A DNA stretch of 64,000 bases from an uncultured delta proteobacterium (GTDB lineage Bacteria > Desulfobacterota > Binatia > UBA9968): contig CAVUZH010000016.1 in the NCBI GenBank assembly GCA_963745835.1, positions 128,001 through 192,000 of the forward strand, read 5' to 3'. Below are positions 28,042 to 37,285 of the stretch, one piece after another (position 1 is the first letter of the stretch; every line of letters starts with the position of its first letter). A program made the translations under genes and the position numbers. A model generated the notes under the pieces. That model worked only from the letters and a program-made list of their open reading frames with translations, was not told the DNA's origin and searched no databases.

Positions 28042-29532
28042 CTAAGCTTCGATAACTTTCTTCCACTTGTTATAGATCTTCTCGCGCAATTCAGGAGATG
28101 ACTCTGCCACCGGCGGGAACTCTTTCATCCATTCAAACGGCCGGCACGCATCAATGACCGCACGCGAGTTGAAACCCTTCTTGCTCGGGTGAATGCGCGG
28201 ATCGAGAGGACCACTCCAGCAACGGCGTAGGATTTCGATAGACTCCACCGGATCCGAACGGCTCGCCAAAGCCCATATAACATCGAATGTATTCGTTGGA
28301 TCAATGTCGTCGTCGACAACTATCACATAGCGGCCGAGATAAGCGCCGGCATGGACCTGGGAGGCTGCCAGCATGGCTTGACGCGCATGGCCCGGATAAC
28401 GTTGCTTGATCGAAATGATGTTAAACAAACGCCCGCCGCCCGCCTCGTGACACCATACGCCTTTGACATCGGGGACGCCGCATTTCTCAACCTGCTCCCA
28501 GATCAAGGCCGCCTTGACCATACATTTGGCGATTGAATAGTCCGACGGCGGCCGGCCGGGGCGCGCGCAACAGAGAATCGGATCATTGCGGTAGTAAATG
28601 TTTTCAACCCGCACCACCGGTTCCGGACGGCTCGAGCTTGCATAATAACCGGTCCACTCACCGAACGGTCCTTCGGTCTTCCGGTCGGTGGGATCCATCC
28701 ACCCTTCGATGACGATTTCTGCGTTGGCGGCAAATGGTAGTCCGGTGGCTTTACCTTCGATGATCTCGATGGGCGCACCCTTCAGTCCCCCGGCATAATC
28801 AAATTCGCCCACACCGTAATCGATCTCGTTACCGGAAACCATAAACAACACAGGGTCCTGACCGACCGAGATTACAACCGGGCATGGTTTTCCGCGTTCG
28901 AAGTATTTGGCGCGTTGAATGCTGCCATGCTTACCGGGAGAAATGTACAACCCCATGCTCTTTTCGTCATGAACCATACCGCGGTAGGCGCCGAAATTAA
29001 CCCAGCCTTCATCGGGATCCCGCGTTGTAACCAGGCAGGCAGTGCCGATGAAACGTCCGCCATCGAGCTCGTGCATAAACGGCACGGGGAACTTGAGCAG
29101 ATTGACCTTGTCACCTGAATCCACATTCTCCAGGATGGGACCTTTGCTCACTACTTTATGCTTGATCGGCTCATGCGTAACGAGCTTCTGACGGAAAGCT
29201 CGTACCAAGTCCAGGTTCGAGAGTTCCAGCGGCAAGCCGAGGTTTAATGCCATTCTTTTAAATGAGGCATTCTGGGCGAAGAGAGTGCGAAATCCTTTCG
29301 GATAGCCAGGCACGTTATCAAAAAGGACCGCTGGCACAGCCCCACCTTTGGTCTCGCGCGAAAGAAGCTCGGCGAGCGTGCCCATTTCAAGGTTCCAATC
29401 GGCTCCGTCGATTTTTTTTAGCTCGCCGAAACTGTCGACGATCTCGAGCCAGTCGCGTAGATCGGTATATTTCGGTGTTTTACCGGCTTTGATTTCATCT
29501 TCGGCTAGTTTTCTAGCCTCTAGTGCTGTCAT
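28042..29532 (-). CDS. UbiD family prFMN-dependent (de)carboxylase
   Basis: FPVP..HELDGG, NFGAYR, EGPFGEWTGYY, VVDDDID, IDACRP. Confidence 0.94.
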   Translation of the reverse strand: MTALEARKLAEDEIKAGKTPKYTDLRDWLEIVDSFGELKKIDGADWNLEMGTLAELLSRETKGGAVPAVLFDNVPGYPKGFRTLFAQNASFKRMALNLGLPLELSNLDLVRAFRQKLVTHEPIKHKVVSKGPILENVDSGDKVNLLKFPVPFMHELDGGRFIGTACLVTTRDPDEGWVNFGAYRGMVHDEKSMGLYISPGKHGSIQRAKYFERGKPCPVVISVGQDPVLFMVSGNEIDYGVGEFDYAGGLKGAPIEIIEGKATGLPFAANAEIVIEGWMDPTDRKTEGPFGEWTGYYASSSRPEPVVRVENIYYRNDPILCCARPGRPPSDYSIAKCMVKAALIWEQVEKCGVPDVKGVWCHEAGGGRLFNIISIKQRYPGHARQAMLAASQVHAGAYLGRYVIVVDDDIDPTNTFDVIWALASRSDPVESIEILRRCWSGPLDPRIHPSKKGFNSRAVIDACRPFEWMKEFPPVAESSPELREKIYNKWKKVIEA

Positions 29533-30716
29533 GAAAGTACTCCTTTCGCCAGTGGCGATTCTTTATCGTAGTTCGCTACCATCGTTTCTTCAACACCCTC
29601 CGTATCATCCGCCGGCAATCCATTGCAACTCTTGGGGTCCAAGTGCAAATAAACTTTATCGCCAGGATTCACCGAATGAAATGGGTGCGTGTGAACGGCG
29701 AGAATATCGTCACCGACAGCAATTTTGCACTGGTAAGAGTCGCCCATGAAAATTGCTTCCGTGACAGTGCCCTCAAGCACGTTCTCCAAGCTCTGCGGCT
29801 TCTCTTTGTGCAACGGAATGTTTTCCGGCCGGATCGAAATTACCGCCGCCTGATCTTTCTTTAGCCCAGGCGCCGGAATAAAACTCAAAATACCTTTTTT
29901 AGTCTCCATCTTGCCTGGCCTGCCGTCACCGTCGACGTCAAGAACTTTCCCATTAATAAGGTTGGTCAGGCCCAGGAATGTCGCGGTAAATCGCCGTTTG
30001 GGTCGAGTGTAAAGCTGGTGCGGCGAACCGACCTCTATCAGTGTTCCGCCGTGCATGACGGCGATCTGATCTGAAATCGCCAAAGCTTCGGCTTGATCAT
30101 GCGTGACGAAGATCGTGGTGATATTGGTCCGTCGCTGCAACGCTTTAATTTCCGAGCGCATCTGCACGCGCAGTTTCGCGTCCAGGTTACTCAGCGGTTC
30201 ATCCAGCAACATAACTTTGGGCTCGTTGATCAGAGCGCGGGCGAACGCAACCCGCTGCTGCTGTCCGCCGGAAAGTTTCGGAGCGGGGCGATCTTCCAGA
30301 CCGTCAAGTCCTACAATCCTGAGAACATCTTTGACCCTGCGTTTGATTTCGTCCTTGGATCTACGTTGAATCGTTAGTGGATACGCGACGTTTTGAGCAA
30401 CCGTCATGTGCGGCCAAATCGCATAGGATTGAAACACCATCCCGATTGGACGTTTGTTGGTGGGAACGTAAACGCGCTCGCCCGAAGCGAAAACCGTTTG
30501 TCCGCCAATGCTGATCCTGCCACCGTCCGGCCTCTCTAACCCAGCGACACAGCGTAAGGTGGTGGTCTTGCCGCAGCCGCTGGGGCCCAGAAACGTATAG
30601 AGCAATCCCTCGGGTATGTTCAGCGATACGCCCTTCAGAACATGAACGCGTTCCTTGTCTTCGCCGAAATACTTTTCGAGAGCCTCGATTTGAACCATGT
30701 CTCTTCTATCTGCCAT
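29529..30716 (-). CDS. ABC transporter ATPase (FbpC/PotA-like, C-terminal TOBE)
   Basis: [26 protein letters not shown]. Confidence 0.93.
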   Translation of the reverse strand: MADRRDMVQIEALEKYFGEDKERVHVLKGVSLNIPEGLLYTFLGPSGCGKTTTLRCVAGLERPDGGRISIGGQTVFASGERVYVPTNKRPIGMVFQSYAIWPHMTVAQNVAYPLTIQRRSKDEIKRRVKDVLRIVGLDGLEDRPAPKLSGGQQQRVAFARALINEPKVMLLDEPLSNLDAKLRVQMRSEIKALQRRTNITTIFVTHDQAEALAISDQIAVMHGGTLIEVGSPHQLYTRPKRRFTATFLGLTNLINGKVLDVDGDGRPGKMETKKGILSFIPAPGLKKDQAAVISIRPENIPLHKEKPQSLENVLEGTVTEAIFMGDSYQCKIAVGDDILAVHTHPFHSVNPGDKVYLHLDPKSCNGLPADDTEGVEETMVANYDKESPLAKGVLS

Positions 30717-30770
30717 ATTTCCTCCGGATGGGTGACGGCTATACGGATCTCACTTGTAAAAAGGATTAAT

Positions 30771-32462
30771 TTATTGCGCGATCCCTATTTTTGCTCCAAG
30801 CTTACGGGCGATAAATGCCATCACAAGAAGCAACAGAACCATCAGGACTCCTAATGCACAAACGTACGTGTATTGCCCGCCTTCCCACAAGTCAAATGCC
30901 ATGATCGAAAGAACCGTACTGTTGTAAGAATAAAGTAAGATGGATGTGGACAGCTCGCGTAAAGCAATGATACTGATGTAAATCCATCCTGCGGTAAAAC
31001 CGGGCATCAACAGCGGCAGAATAATTTTCTTGAAGGTTTGCAACCAGGTGCCGCCGGCCGTGAAGGACGCCTCTTCAAGTTCCTTATTAATTTGAATCAT
31101 CGAAGCCGACGCCGCCCGAATGCCGTAGGGCATAAACTTGGTGATGTAAGCCAACAGCAATACCCACATCGTGCCATAGATCGGAATCGGCAATGTGAGA
31201 TATACCCATATCAAGCTGACACCCAGTACGATACCCGGCATCGCAATGGGAATGAAGGTCATATTGTCCAACAGGGCTCGTCCGGGAAGCTTGGTTTTTA
31301 CAGTTACCCAGGCGATCACCGAGGTGAGCAGCATCACCAAGGTTGCCGAACCGACGGACAGATAGAAACTGTTCTTGAACGCGGTCACAGCGAGCGGATA
31401 GTTCAATATGTAGTGATAATTAGCCAGTGTCATCTTGCCCATGAGCTCACGCGACGGAACGCCGTAATAGGGAATGAACGAGGACCACAGCAGCACAAAC
31501 ACGGGCAGAATCACGGCGAGAAAGAATATAAAGAACGACAGCGCGCAGGTAAAATATTTCCATTTACCAAGATCGATCACCCTCGGACGATACCCTTTTC
31601 CGGTAACTGTGGCGTAACGCTCCTCACGCCGCGTAATCTTGCCGTAGATCAAAACGCCAATGCTGCTGATGACTAATAATGTGACCGCATAGGAGCCTGC
31701 CAACCCGAAGTCCGAAGGAAACTGATGGATGGCCAGAAAAATCTTGGTGGTAAAAACGGAGATCTTGGCCGGCACGCCAATCAGCGCCGGCACTTCAAAT
31801 GCCTCAATGCCGCGAATAAAGACGATCAATAACACACTGAACAGGGCCGGGCGCATCAGAGGCAGGGTAATTCGTTTAAAGGTGGTCCACGTACTCGAGC
31901 CAGCTGTCAGCGCCGCTTCTTCGAGCGAAGTGTCCATGTTGCGAAGGGCGGCAGACATGAGAAGAAATACCAGCGGGTAATCGTGGATTGCTTCCGCCCA
32001 GATCATGCCCCACATGGAATAAACGTTGAATGGCGCAGACTCCAGGCCTAGGAGCCCCTTTAGAGTCAAATTAATCAACCCGATTTTTGGACTGAGAAGA
32101 AGAATCCAGGAAATCGTGCTGAGAATCCCCGGAATAATGAAGGGGACCAACGCCATTACGACGAAGACTTTTTTAAATGGAGTATTGGTTCGTTCGCTGA
32201 CCCAGGCCAGGAACGTTCCGATCAAACAGGTGAGCGCGCAGGTTCCGACCGCAAAGTAGAGCGAATTGAGAAAGAGAAGATAAAACTCCTTATCGAAATA
32301 AGCCCTGACGTAGTTCTGGATCGTGTAGGTAGCACCGGGTTCGCCAATGGGAGCGCTTCTTATGCTGCCGTAAAGCAGCATAAGAAGCGGAACACCCGCC
32401 AAGTAAACGACAAAAACGATAGCGCCGATCAGAATCAGGGTCTGGGAGTTTAAACGCCGCAC
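30771..32462 (-). CDS. ABC transporter permease (FbpB-like, duplicated TMD)
   Basis: Two LEEAA/LEEAS EAA loops, about 12 TM helices. Confidence 0.92.
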   Translation of the reverse strand: MRRLNSQTLILIGAIVFVVYLAGVPLLMLLYGSIRSAPIGEPGATYTIQNYVRAYFDKEFYLLFLNSLYFAVGTCALTCLIGTFLAWVSERTNTPFKKVFVVMALVPFIIPGILSTISWILLLSPKIGLINLTLKGLLGLESAPFNVYSMWGMIWAEAIHDYPLVFLLMSAALRNMDTSLEEAALTAGSSTWTTFKRITLPLMRPALFSVLLIVFIRGIEAFEVPALIGVPAKISVFTTKIFLAIHQFPSDFGLAGSYAVTLLVISSIGVLIYGKITRREERYATVTGKGYRPRVIDLGKWKYFTCALSFFIFFLAVILPVFVLLWSSFIPYYGVPSRELMGKMTLANYHYILNYPLAVTAFKNSFYLSVGSATLVMLLTSVIAWVTVKTKLPGRALLDNMTFIPIAMPGIVLGVSLIWVYLTLPIPIYGTMWVLLLAYITKFMPYGIRAASASMIQINKELEEASFTAGGTWLQTFKKIILPLLMPGFTAGWIYISIIALRELSTSILLYSYNSTVLSIMAFDLWEGGQYTYVCALGVLMVLLLLVMAFIARKLGAKIGIAQ

Positions 32463-32483
32463 CCTTAACTCCTGAAGACTGCG

Positions 32484-33299
32484 CTATGCGTCGATATTGT
32501 GAATTACCTGGTCAGCGACCATGGTTTTTTTGACTTCTTCCTCAATCAAGTTCCAGAGGTGATCTTCGTATTCCAAGAACTTCGGATCACGTTTTACGGC
32601 AAGTTTCCGGGGGCGAGGGATATCGATCTTGATGGTCTCTTTTACCCTCCCAGGCCGCGCTCCAAAAACAATCACTCGATCCGCCAGATAGATAGCTTCG
32701 TTGATCTGGTGGGTAATGAAAAGAATCGTTTTCCTGGCTTCGTTCCAGATGCGCAATAACTCCAATTGCATAATCTCTCGGGTTTGCGCATCGAGCGCTG
32801 CAAAAGGCTCGTCCATGATGAGGATTTCCGGATCAACAGTGAGAGCGCGGGCTAAATTACAGCGCTGCTGCATACCGCCGGAGAGTTCATGGGGGTAGTG
32901 ATCTTCGAAGCCGGCAAGCCCGACCAACTTGATGAACTTCTGCGCCCGGTCTTTGCCTTCGCCATTATCGAGCCCCTGACATTCCAAGCCAAAGATCACA
33001 TTCTTAAAAACTGTTCTCCAAGGCATCAGGCAGGAATCTTGAAAAACCATTCCACGGTCTGTTCCCGGTCCGGTTATCAGCTGATCGTCGATCATCAATT
33101 GTCCACCGGTCGGCTTGAGCAACCCGTCGGCAAGATTGATGAAGGTGGTCTTGCCGCAACCGCTAGGCCCGACAATGGTGACAAACTCACCTTCGTCGAC
33201 CTGAAGATTGACGTTATCAAGCGCGAGCAGCCGACCTCCGGTACGCGGCTGGTAGTACTCCATCCGTAGATTGACTGCTTTAAGTTTGGTTTGTGCCAC
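32484..33299 (-). CDS. ABC transporter ATPase (TauB/SsuB-like)
   Basis: [34 protein letters not shown]; AAGGAGG RBS. Confidence 0.93.
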   Translation of the reverse strand: MAQTKLKAVNLRMEYYQPRTGGRLLALDNVNLQVDEGEFVTIVGPSGCGKTTFINLADGLLKPTGGQLMIDDQLITGPGTDRGMVFQDSCLMPWRTVFKNVIFGLECQGLDNGEGKDRAQKFIKLVGLAGFEDHYPHELSGGMQQRCNLARALTVDPEILIMDEPFAALDAQTREIMQLELLRIWNEARKTILFITHQINEAIYLADRVIVFGARPGRVKETIKIDIPRPRKLAVKRDPKFLEYEDHLWNLIEEEVKKTMVADQVIHNIDA

Positions 33300-33413
33300 A
33301 TGGCCTCCTTAAATGGTTCTTTTCTCTATAAAACTTTTTTTAATCACCAACAGACGGACAAAACGTCGTACATTTAACAAAATCAAATCTTTTTTCAAGC
33401 GTTATTCCATAGA

Positions 33414-33442
33414 TTGACAACGCTTAGCCGATTCGGTAGTTT
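33414..33442 (+). promoter_or_regulatory. Putative sigma70 promoter of the gntR operon
   Basis: TTGACA-17 nt-TAGTTT. Confidence 0.55.
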
Positions 33443-33450
33443 CCCCAAAC

Positions 33451-33478
33451 AATTTGCATAAAATATTTTATGCAAATT
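33451..33478. promoter_or_regulatory. Perfect 28-bp palindrome, probable GntR operator
   Basis: AATTTGCATAAAAT-ATTTTATGCAAATT between the predicted promoter and the gntR ATG. Confidence 0.75.
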
Positions 33479-33485
33479 CAGATCG

Positions 33486-34256
33486 ATGAATTATCCCCTG
33501 AAGCAACCTAAAACTAAATCGCGCGGTAGTGAAAATCTTTCGGTTCGCGTTTACAACGAGATCAAGAATCTAATCTTGTGCAATGAAATAATGCCCGGAC
33601 AAAAGCTCCATCATCAGCAACTCAGCGAACGACTCGGCGTGAGTAGAACTCCCGTTCGCGAAGCATTAACCCGATTAGTGCAGGAAGGATACGTCGCGTT
33701 TCTGCCGAATCGGGGTTTTACCTGCAAAGAAATTAGAATGCAAGAGGCCGAAGAGCTCTACGATCTCCGTGAAGCGCTCGAAGCATTTGCGGTGCAAAAG
33801 GCGATTGAAAAGCTTACCGATGCTGGGCTTGATCAGCTGCGCGAGAAGATGGATTTGTACGGCGGCGACGTGCAGAATCGGTTCACTAGAGAACGTCTTA
33901 TGTACGATCAGGACATTCACCTTGAGATCGCTCAATTGGCTGGCAACGAGACGTTGAAAAAAACTCTTGGGCATGTTTTTGAGCGGATCGTCTTGAAACG
34001 CAGAACCGACGGGCTCTATGACGCCGCGCGCGGCGTCAACGCTCATCAACAGCATCTACGGCTGTTGCAAGCGATGGAGCAGCGCAATATCGCTGAGGCG
34101 GTGAGCATCGTCCGGGCGCACATCCGCAAAGGAAAACAGAACGTGCTTTCAGATTTGGAGCAAAGGTTGGCGATCCGAGAATTACGTGCAACAGCAACGG
34201 TTGAAAAAAGCGAAAACCAAACACAAAGAAAGGAAGAGAAATGGCCGCAGATCTAG
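33486..34256 (+). CDS. GntR/FadR-family transcriptional regulator (FCD domain)
   Basis: LGVSRTPVREAL HTH, ELYDLREALE, C-terminal His residues. Confidence 0.94.
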   Translation: MNYPLKQPKTKSRGSENLSVRVYNEIKNLILCNEIMPGQKLHHQQLSERLGVSRTPVREALTRLVQEGYVAFLPNRGFTCKEIRMQEAEELYDLREALEAFAVQKAIEKLTDAGLDQLREKMDLYGGDVQNRFTRERLMYDQDIHLEIAQLAGNETLKKTLGHVFERIVLKRRTDGLYDAARGVNAHQQHLRLLQAMEQRNIAEAVSIVRAHIRKGKQNVLSDLEQRLAIRELRATATVEKSENQTQRKEEKWPQI

Positions 34257-35611
34257 TGATAAAAAACGGTTGGGTGGTAACACCCGAAGAAACGTTCCAA
34301 GGGGGAGTTGCCATCAGCAACGAGAAAATCGTCGCGATCGGCGCTAACGATGTATTACCTCAGGGGAAAGAAGAAATCGATGCCAAGGGGAAACACATAC
34401 TCCCGGGGATCATCGATGGACACGTCCACTTCAGGGAACCAGGGATGACCCACAAGGAGGACTTCACCACCGGGTCGACCGCCGCCGTTTGTGGCGGAAT
34501 TACCTCGGTCGTTGACATGCCGAATACCGTTCCCCCTACGGCCCAAGCCGAGCAGGTGAAAATAAAGCAGCAGCTGGGTGAGGCCAAGTCACTCGTCGAT
34601 TTTGGCGTCACCGGTGTCGTTGTGCAAACCAACACAAAAGACATTTTGCCGATGGCCGACGCCGGCGCCATTGGCTTCAAGATTTTCTTCGGTGAGACGA
34701 TTGGTAATCTCCCTTTCCCGGACGATGGCATGTGCATGGAGGCGTTCGACTACATCGCGCAATCGAAGTTGCCGTTGGGAATTCACGCAGAAAATCGGCA
34801 GATCATGGCGTACTGCACCAACAAGCTAAAAACCGAGGGCAAGAACGAGGCCCGTTACTGGGAGGCATCGCGCCCGGATATCTGCGAGGCAGAATCCGTC
34901 CATCACGCGATTTTCTTCGCAGAGATGTTCGGCACCAAGCTGCATGTCTTCCATATGAGCTCGAAGCAGGCAGCCTACATGGTGCGCGATGCCAAGGCCC
35001 GAGGCATGAGGATCACCGCCGAAACCGGCCCGCATTACCTCCTGCGCGAGCCCAACGACATGGATCAAGTCGGCTCATTGCTGAAGATGAACCCGCCGGT
35101 GCGAACCAAGGATCACGGCGAAGTTCTGTGGCAGGGCCTTCGTGAAGGATTTGTTGACACTCTGGCCACCGATCATTCACCGCATACTCTCGATGAAAAA
35201 GGTTCGGATATTTACGGAAAGCTCACCAAACCTGCGATCTGGGACTGCATCTCGGGTTTCTGCGGTGTTGAAACCGGCGTTCCCCTGATCTTGACTGAAG
35301 TGAACAAAGGTCGCTTGACCCTGAATCAGTATGTCAAGGTAGCCTGTGAAAATCCGGCTAGGGTTTGGCAGGTCTACCCAAAAAAGGGCGCCATCAGGCT
35401 TGGCTCGGACGGCGATATCACCATCGTCGATATGGATAAGGAAGGCACCATCGACGTCAATAAGCTGCACAGCAAGAACAAGCCGTCCCCATGGCATGGT
35501 TGGAAAGTCAAAGGGCTGCCGGTATGCACGGTAGTGCGAGGTCATGTGCAAATGCGCGACGGCGAGCCTTGTGGTAAGCCGATCGGCCGCATGCTCAGGC
35601 CTTTAATCTAG
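34241..35611 (+). CDS. Cyclic amidohydrolase (allantoinase/dihydroorotase/hydantoinase family)
   Basis: IDGHVHFREPG, DMPNT, HAEN, KMNPPVR, TDHSPH. Confidence 0.9.
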   Translation: MAADLVIKNGWVVTPEETFQGGVAISNEKIVAIGANDVLPQGKEEIDAKGKHILPGIIDGHVHFREPGMTHKEDFTTGSTAAVCGGITSVVDMPNTVPPTAQAEQVKIKQQLGEAKSLVDFGVTGVVVQTNTKDILPMADAGAIGFKIFFGETIGNLPFPDDGMCMEAFDYIAQSKLPLGIHAENRQIMAYCTNKLKTEGKNEARYWEASRPDICEAESVHHAIFFAEMFGTKLHVFHMSSKQAAYMVRDAKARGMRITAETGPHYLLREPNDMDQVGSLLKMNPPVRTKDHGEVLWQGLREGFVDTLATDHSPHTLDEKGSDIYGKLTKPAIWDCISGFCGVETGVPLILTEVNKGRLTLNQYVKVACENPARVWQVYPKKGAIRLGSDGDITIVDMDKEGTIDVNKLHSKNKPSPWHGWKVKGLPVCTVVRGHVQMRDGEPCGKPIGRMLRPLI

Positions 35612-35746
35612 GTCTCCGCAGCCATTTACAGCGAACGTCCGGCGGCATACGCTGAATCGGTTCTAGTAGTGAGTGACGTTTTCTTTTCGTCCTAACTGAA
35701 TTTGGGTTTGCCGCTGGGCGTCTTCGCTTTCGCGAGGAAGTAGCCG

Positions 35747-36658
35747 ATGAAACGCACCGAAGCTTTCGAGATGTACCAGCCGACTTCGCTTAGTGAGGCC
35801 AGTCTGCTCCTGAAAGAGAAAGGCCCTGGCGGCCGTTTTCTTGCGGGAGGGACCGACCTGGTGATCGCGATGAAGGAGAAAGGTTTGGTGCCGAAGTATG
35901 TTGTCGATCTCAAACGGCTTCCGGGCCTATCCGGCATCCGTCAAAATAGCGACGGCAGCATTGTCATCGGCGCGTTGACGACCATGCGCGAGATCGAGAT
36001 ATCTCCGCTGCTCACCAAGAAGTATCCCTTTCTTTGCCAAAGCGCGGCGGAAGTGGGTTCAATTCAGATCCGCAACCGGGCAACCATCGGCGGCAACATG
36101 TCCAATGCCACCCCTTCAGCCGATGTCGCGCCAAGCCTAATTGCGCTTCAAGCCACAGCAAAAATCGCCAGTGACCGTAGCGAACGCAGCGTAGCGATCG
36201 AAGAATTCTTCCGCGGTCCCGGGTTGAATATCATGGATCCGGATGAGATTCTTACGGAAATCACGATTCCGAAAACTAGCCCACGGCTTGTCGGCGAGTA
36301 CATCAAGTTCTCGCCCCGCGAGATGATGGATCTGGCATACGTCGGCGTAGCGGCAGCGTACACGGTCGGCGAAAAGGAAAATAGATGCGAGGGCGTGCGG
36401 ATTGTTCTGGGCGCGGTCGCTCCGACCCCGATTCGCGCGAAAAAGGCGGAAGCCACGCTAGAAGGCCAAGTGCTGTCCGAAGAGTTGGCCGAGAAGGTTG
36501 GAGCCATCGCCGCGGAAGAGGCAAGACCGATCAGCGATGTTCGGTCGTCAGCGGATTATCGGCGCGCCATGGTCGGAGCTATGACCAAGCGGGCGCTGCT
36601 CAATGCCATGGTCGGTCCGGCAAAGTCCTGGGTCGAGCGGCGCGATCGTAGATACTAG
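35747..36658 (+). CDS. Mo-hydroxylase FAD-binding (medium) subunit
   Basis: AGGTDL, QIRNRATIGGN, DVRSSADYR. Confidence 0.93.
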   Translation: MKRTEAFEMYQPTSLSEASLLLKEKGPGGRFLAGGTDLVIAMKEKGLVPKYVVDLKRLPGLSGIRQNSDGSIVIGALTTMREIEISPLLTKKYPFLCQSAAEVGSIQIRNRATIGGNMSNATPSADVAPSLIALQATAKIASDRSERSVAIEEFFRGPGLNIMDPDEILTEITIPKTSPRLVGEYIKFSPREMMDLAYVGVAAAYTVGEKENRCEGVRIVLGAVAPTPIRAKKAEATLEGQVLSEELAEKVGAIAAEEARPISDVRSSADYRRAMVGAMTKRALLNAMVGPAKSWVERRDRRY

Positions 36659-36733
36659 AACCAGTGCTGGAGAACCGCGGTTAGTTCCCCTCGATCAACT
36701 CCATCGGTTCGATTATGTTTAAGTGAGGCAGTC

Positions 36734-37213
36734 ATGAATAAGAAAATTCAATTCACGTTGAACGGGAAAAGCATCACAAGGGAAGTCGCCAGCCATCGGC
36801 TGTTGCTCGACTTGCTCCGTGATGAAATCGGCCTTACCGGAACTAAGGAAGGCTGTGGCACCGGAGACTGCGGCGCTTGCACGGTTCTAATGAACGGCAA
36901 ACCTGTCAATTCGTGCCTGATTCTTTCAGGCGAACTCGACGATGCCACCATCGTCACGATTGAAGGCCTCAAAATCGGCCCCGAGCTTCACGCCATTCAA
37001 AAAGCGTTCATTGAAGATGGCGGCGCGCAATGCGGCTATTGCACGCCAGGAATGTTGATGATGTCGAAAGCTCTGCTCGACGAGAATCCTGCACCCAGTG
37101 AAGAAGACATCCGCTTCGCTCTCTCCGGCAACCTTTGCCGTTGCACCGGATACGCCAAGATCGTTCAAGCCGTCCAAGACGCGGCAGCGATGATGCGCAA
37201 TAAGAGCGAGTGA
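36734..37213 (+). CDS. Mo-hydroxylase 2x[2Fe-2S] (small) subunit
   Basis: GCGTGDCGACT, QCGYCTPG, GNLCRCTGY. Confidence 0.95.
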   Translation: MNKKIQFTLNGKSITREVASHRLLLDLLRDEIGLTGTKEGCGTGDCGACTVLMNGKPVNSCLILSGELDDATIVTIEGLKIGPELHAIQKAFIEDGGAQCGYCTPGMLMMSKALLDENPAPSEEDIRFALSGNLCRCTGYAKIVQAVQDAAAMMRNKSE

Positions 37214-37285
37214 CCGGTTCTTCAGATGACGGATTTATCTACCTATTTTAAGATTGAACGTTTCACACGTTTTTAGGAGTTAGCC

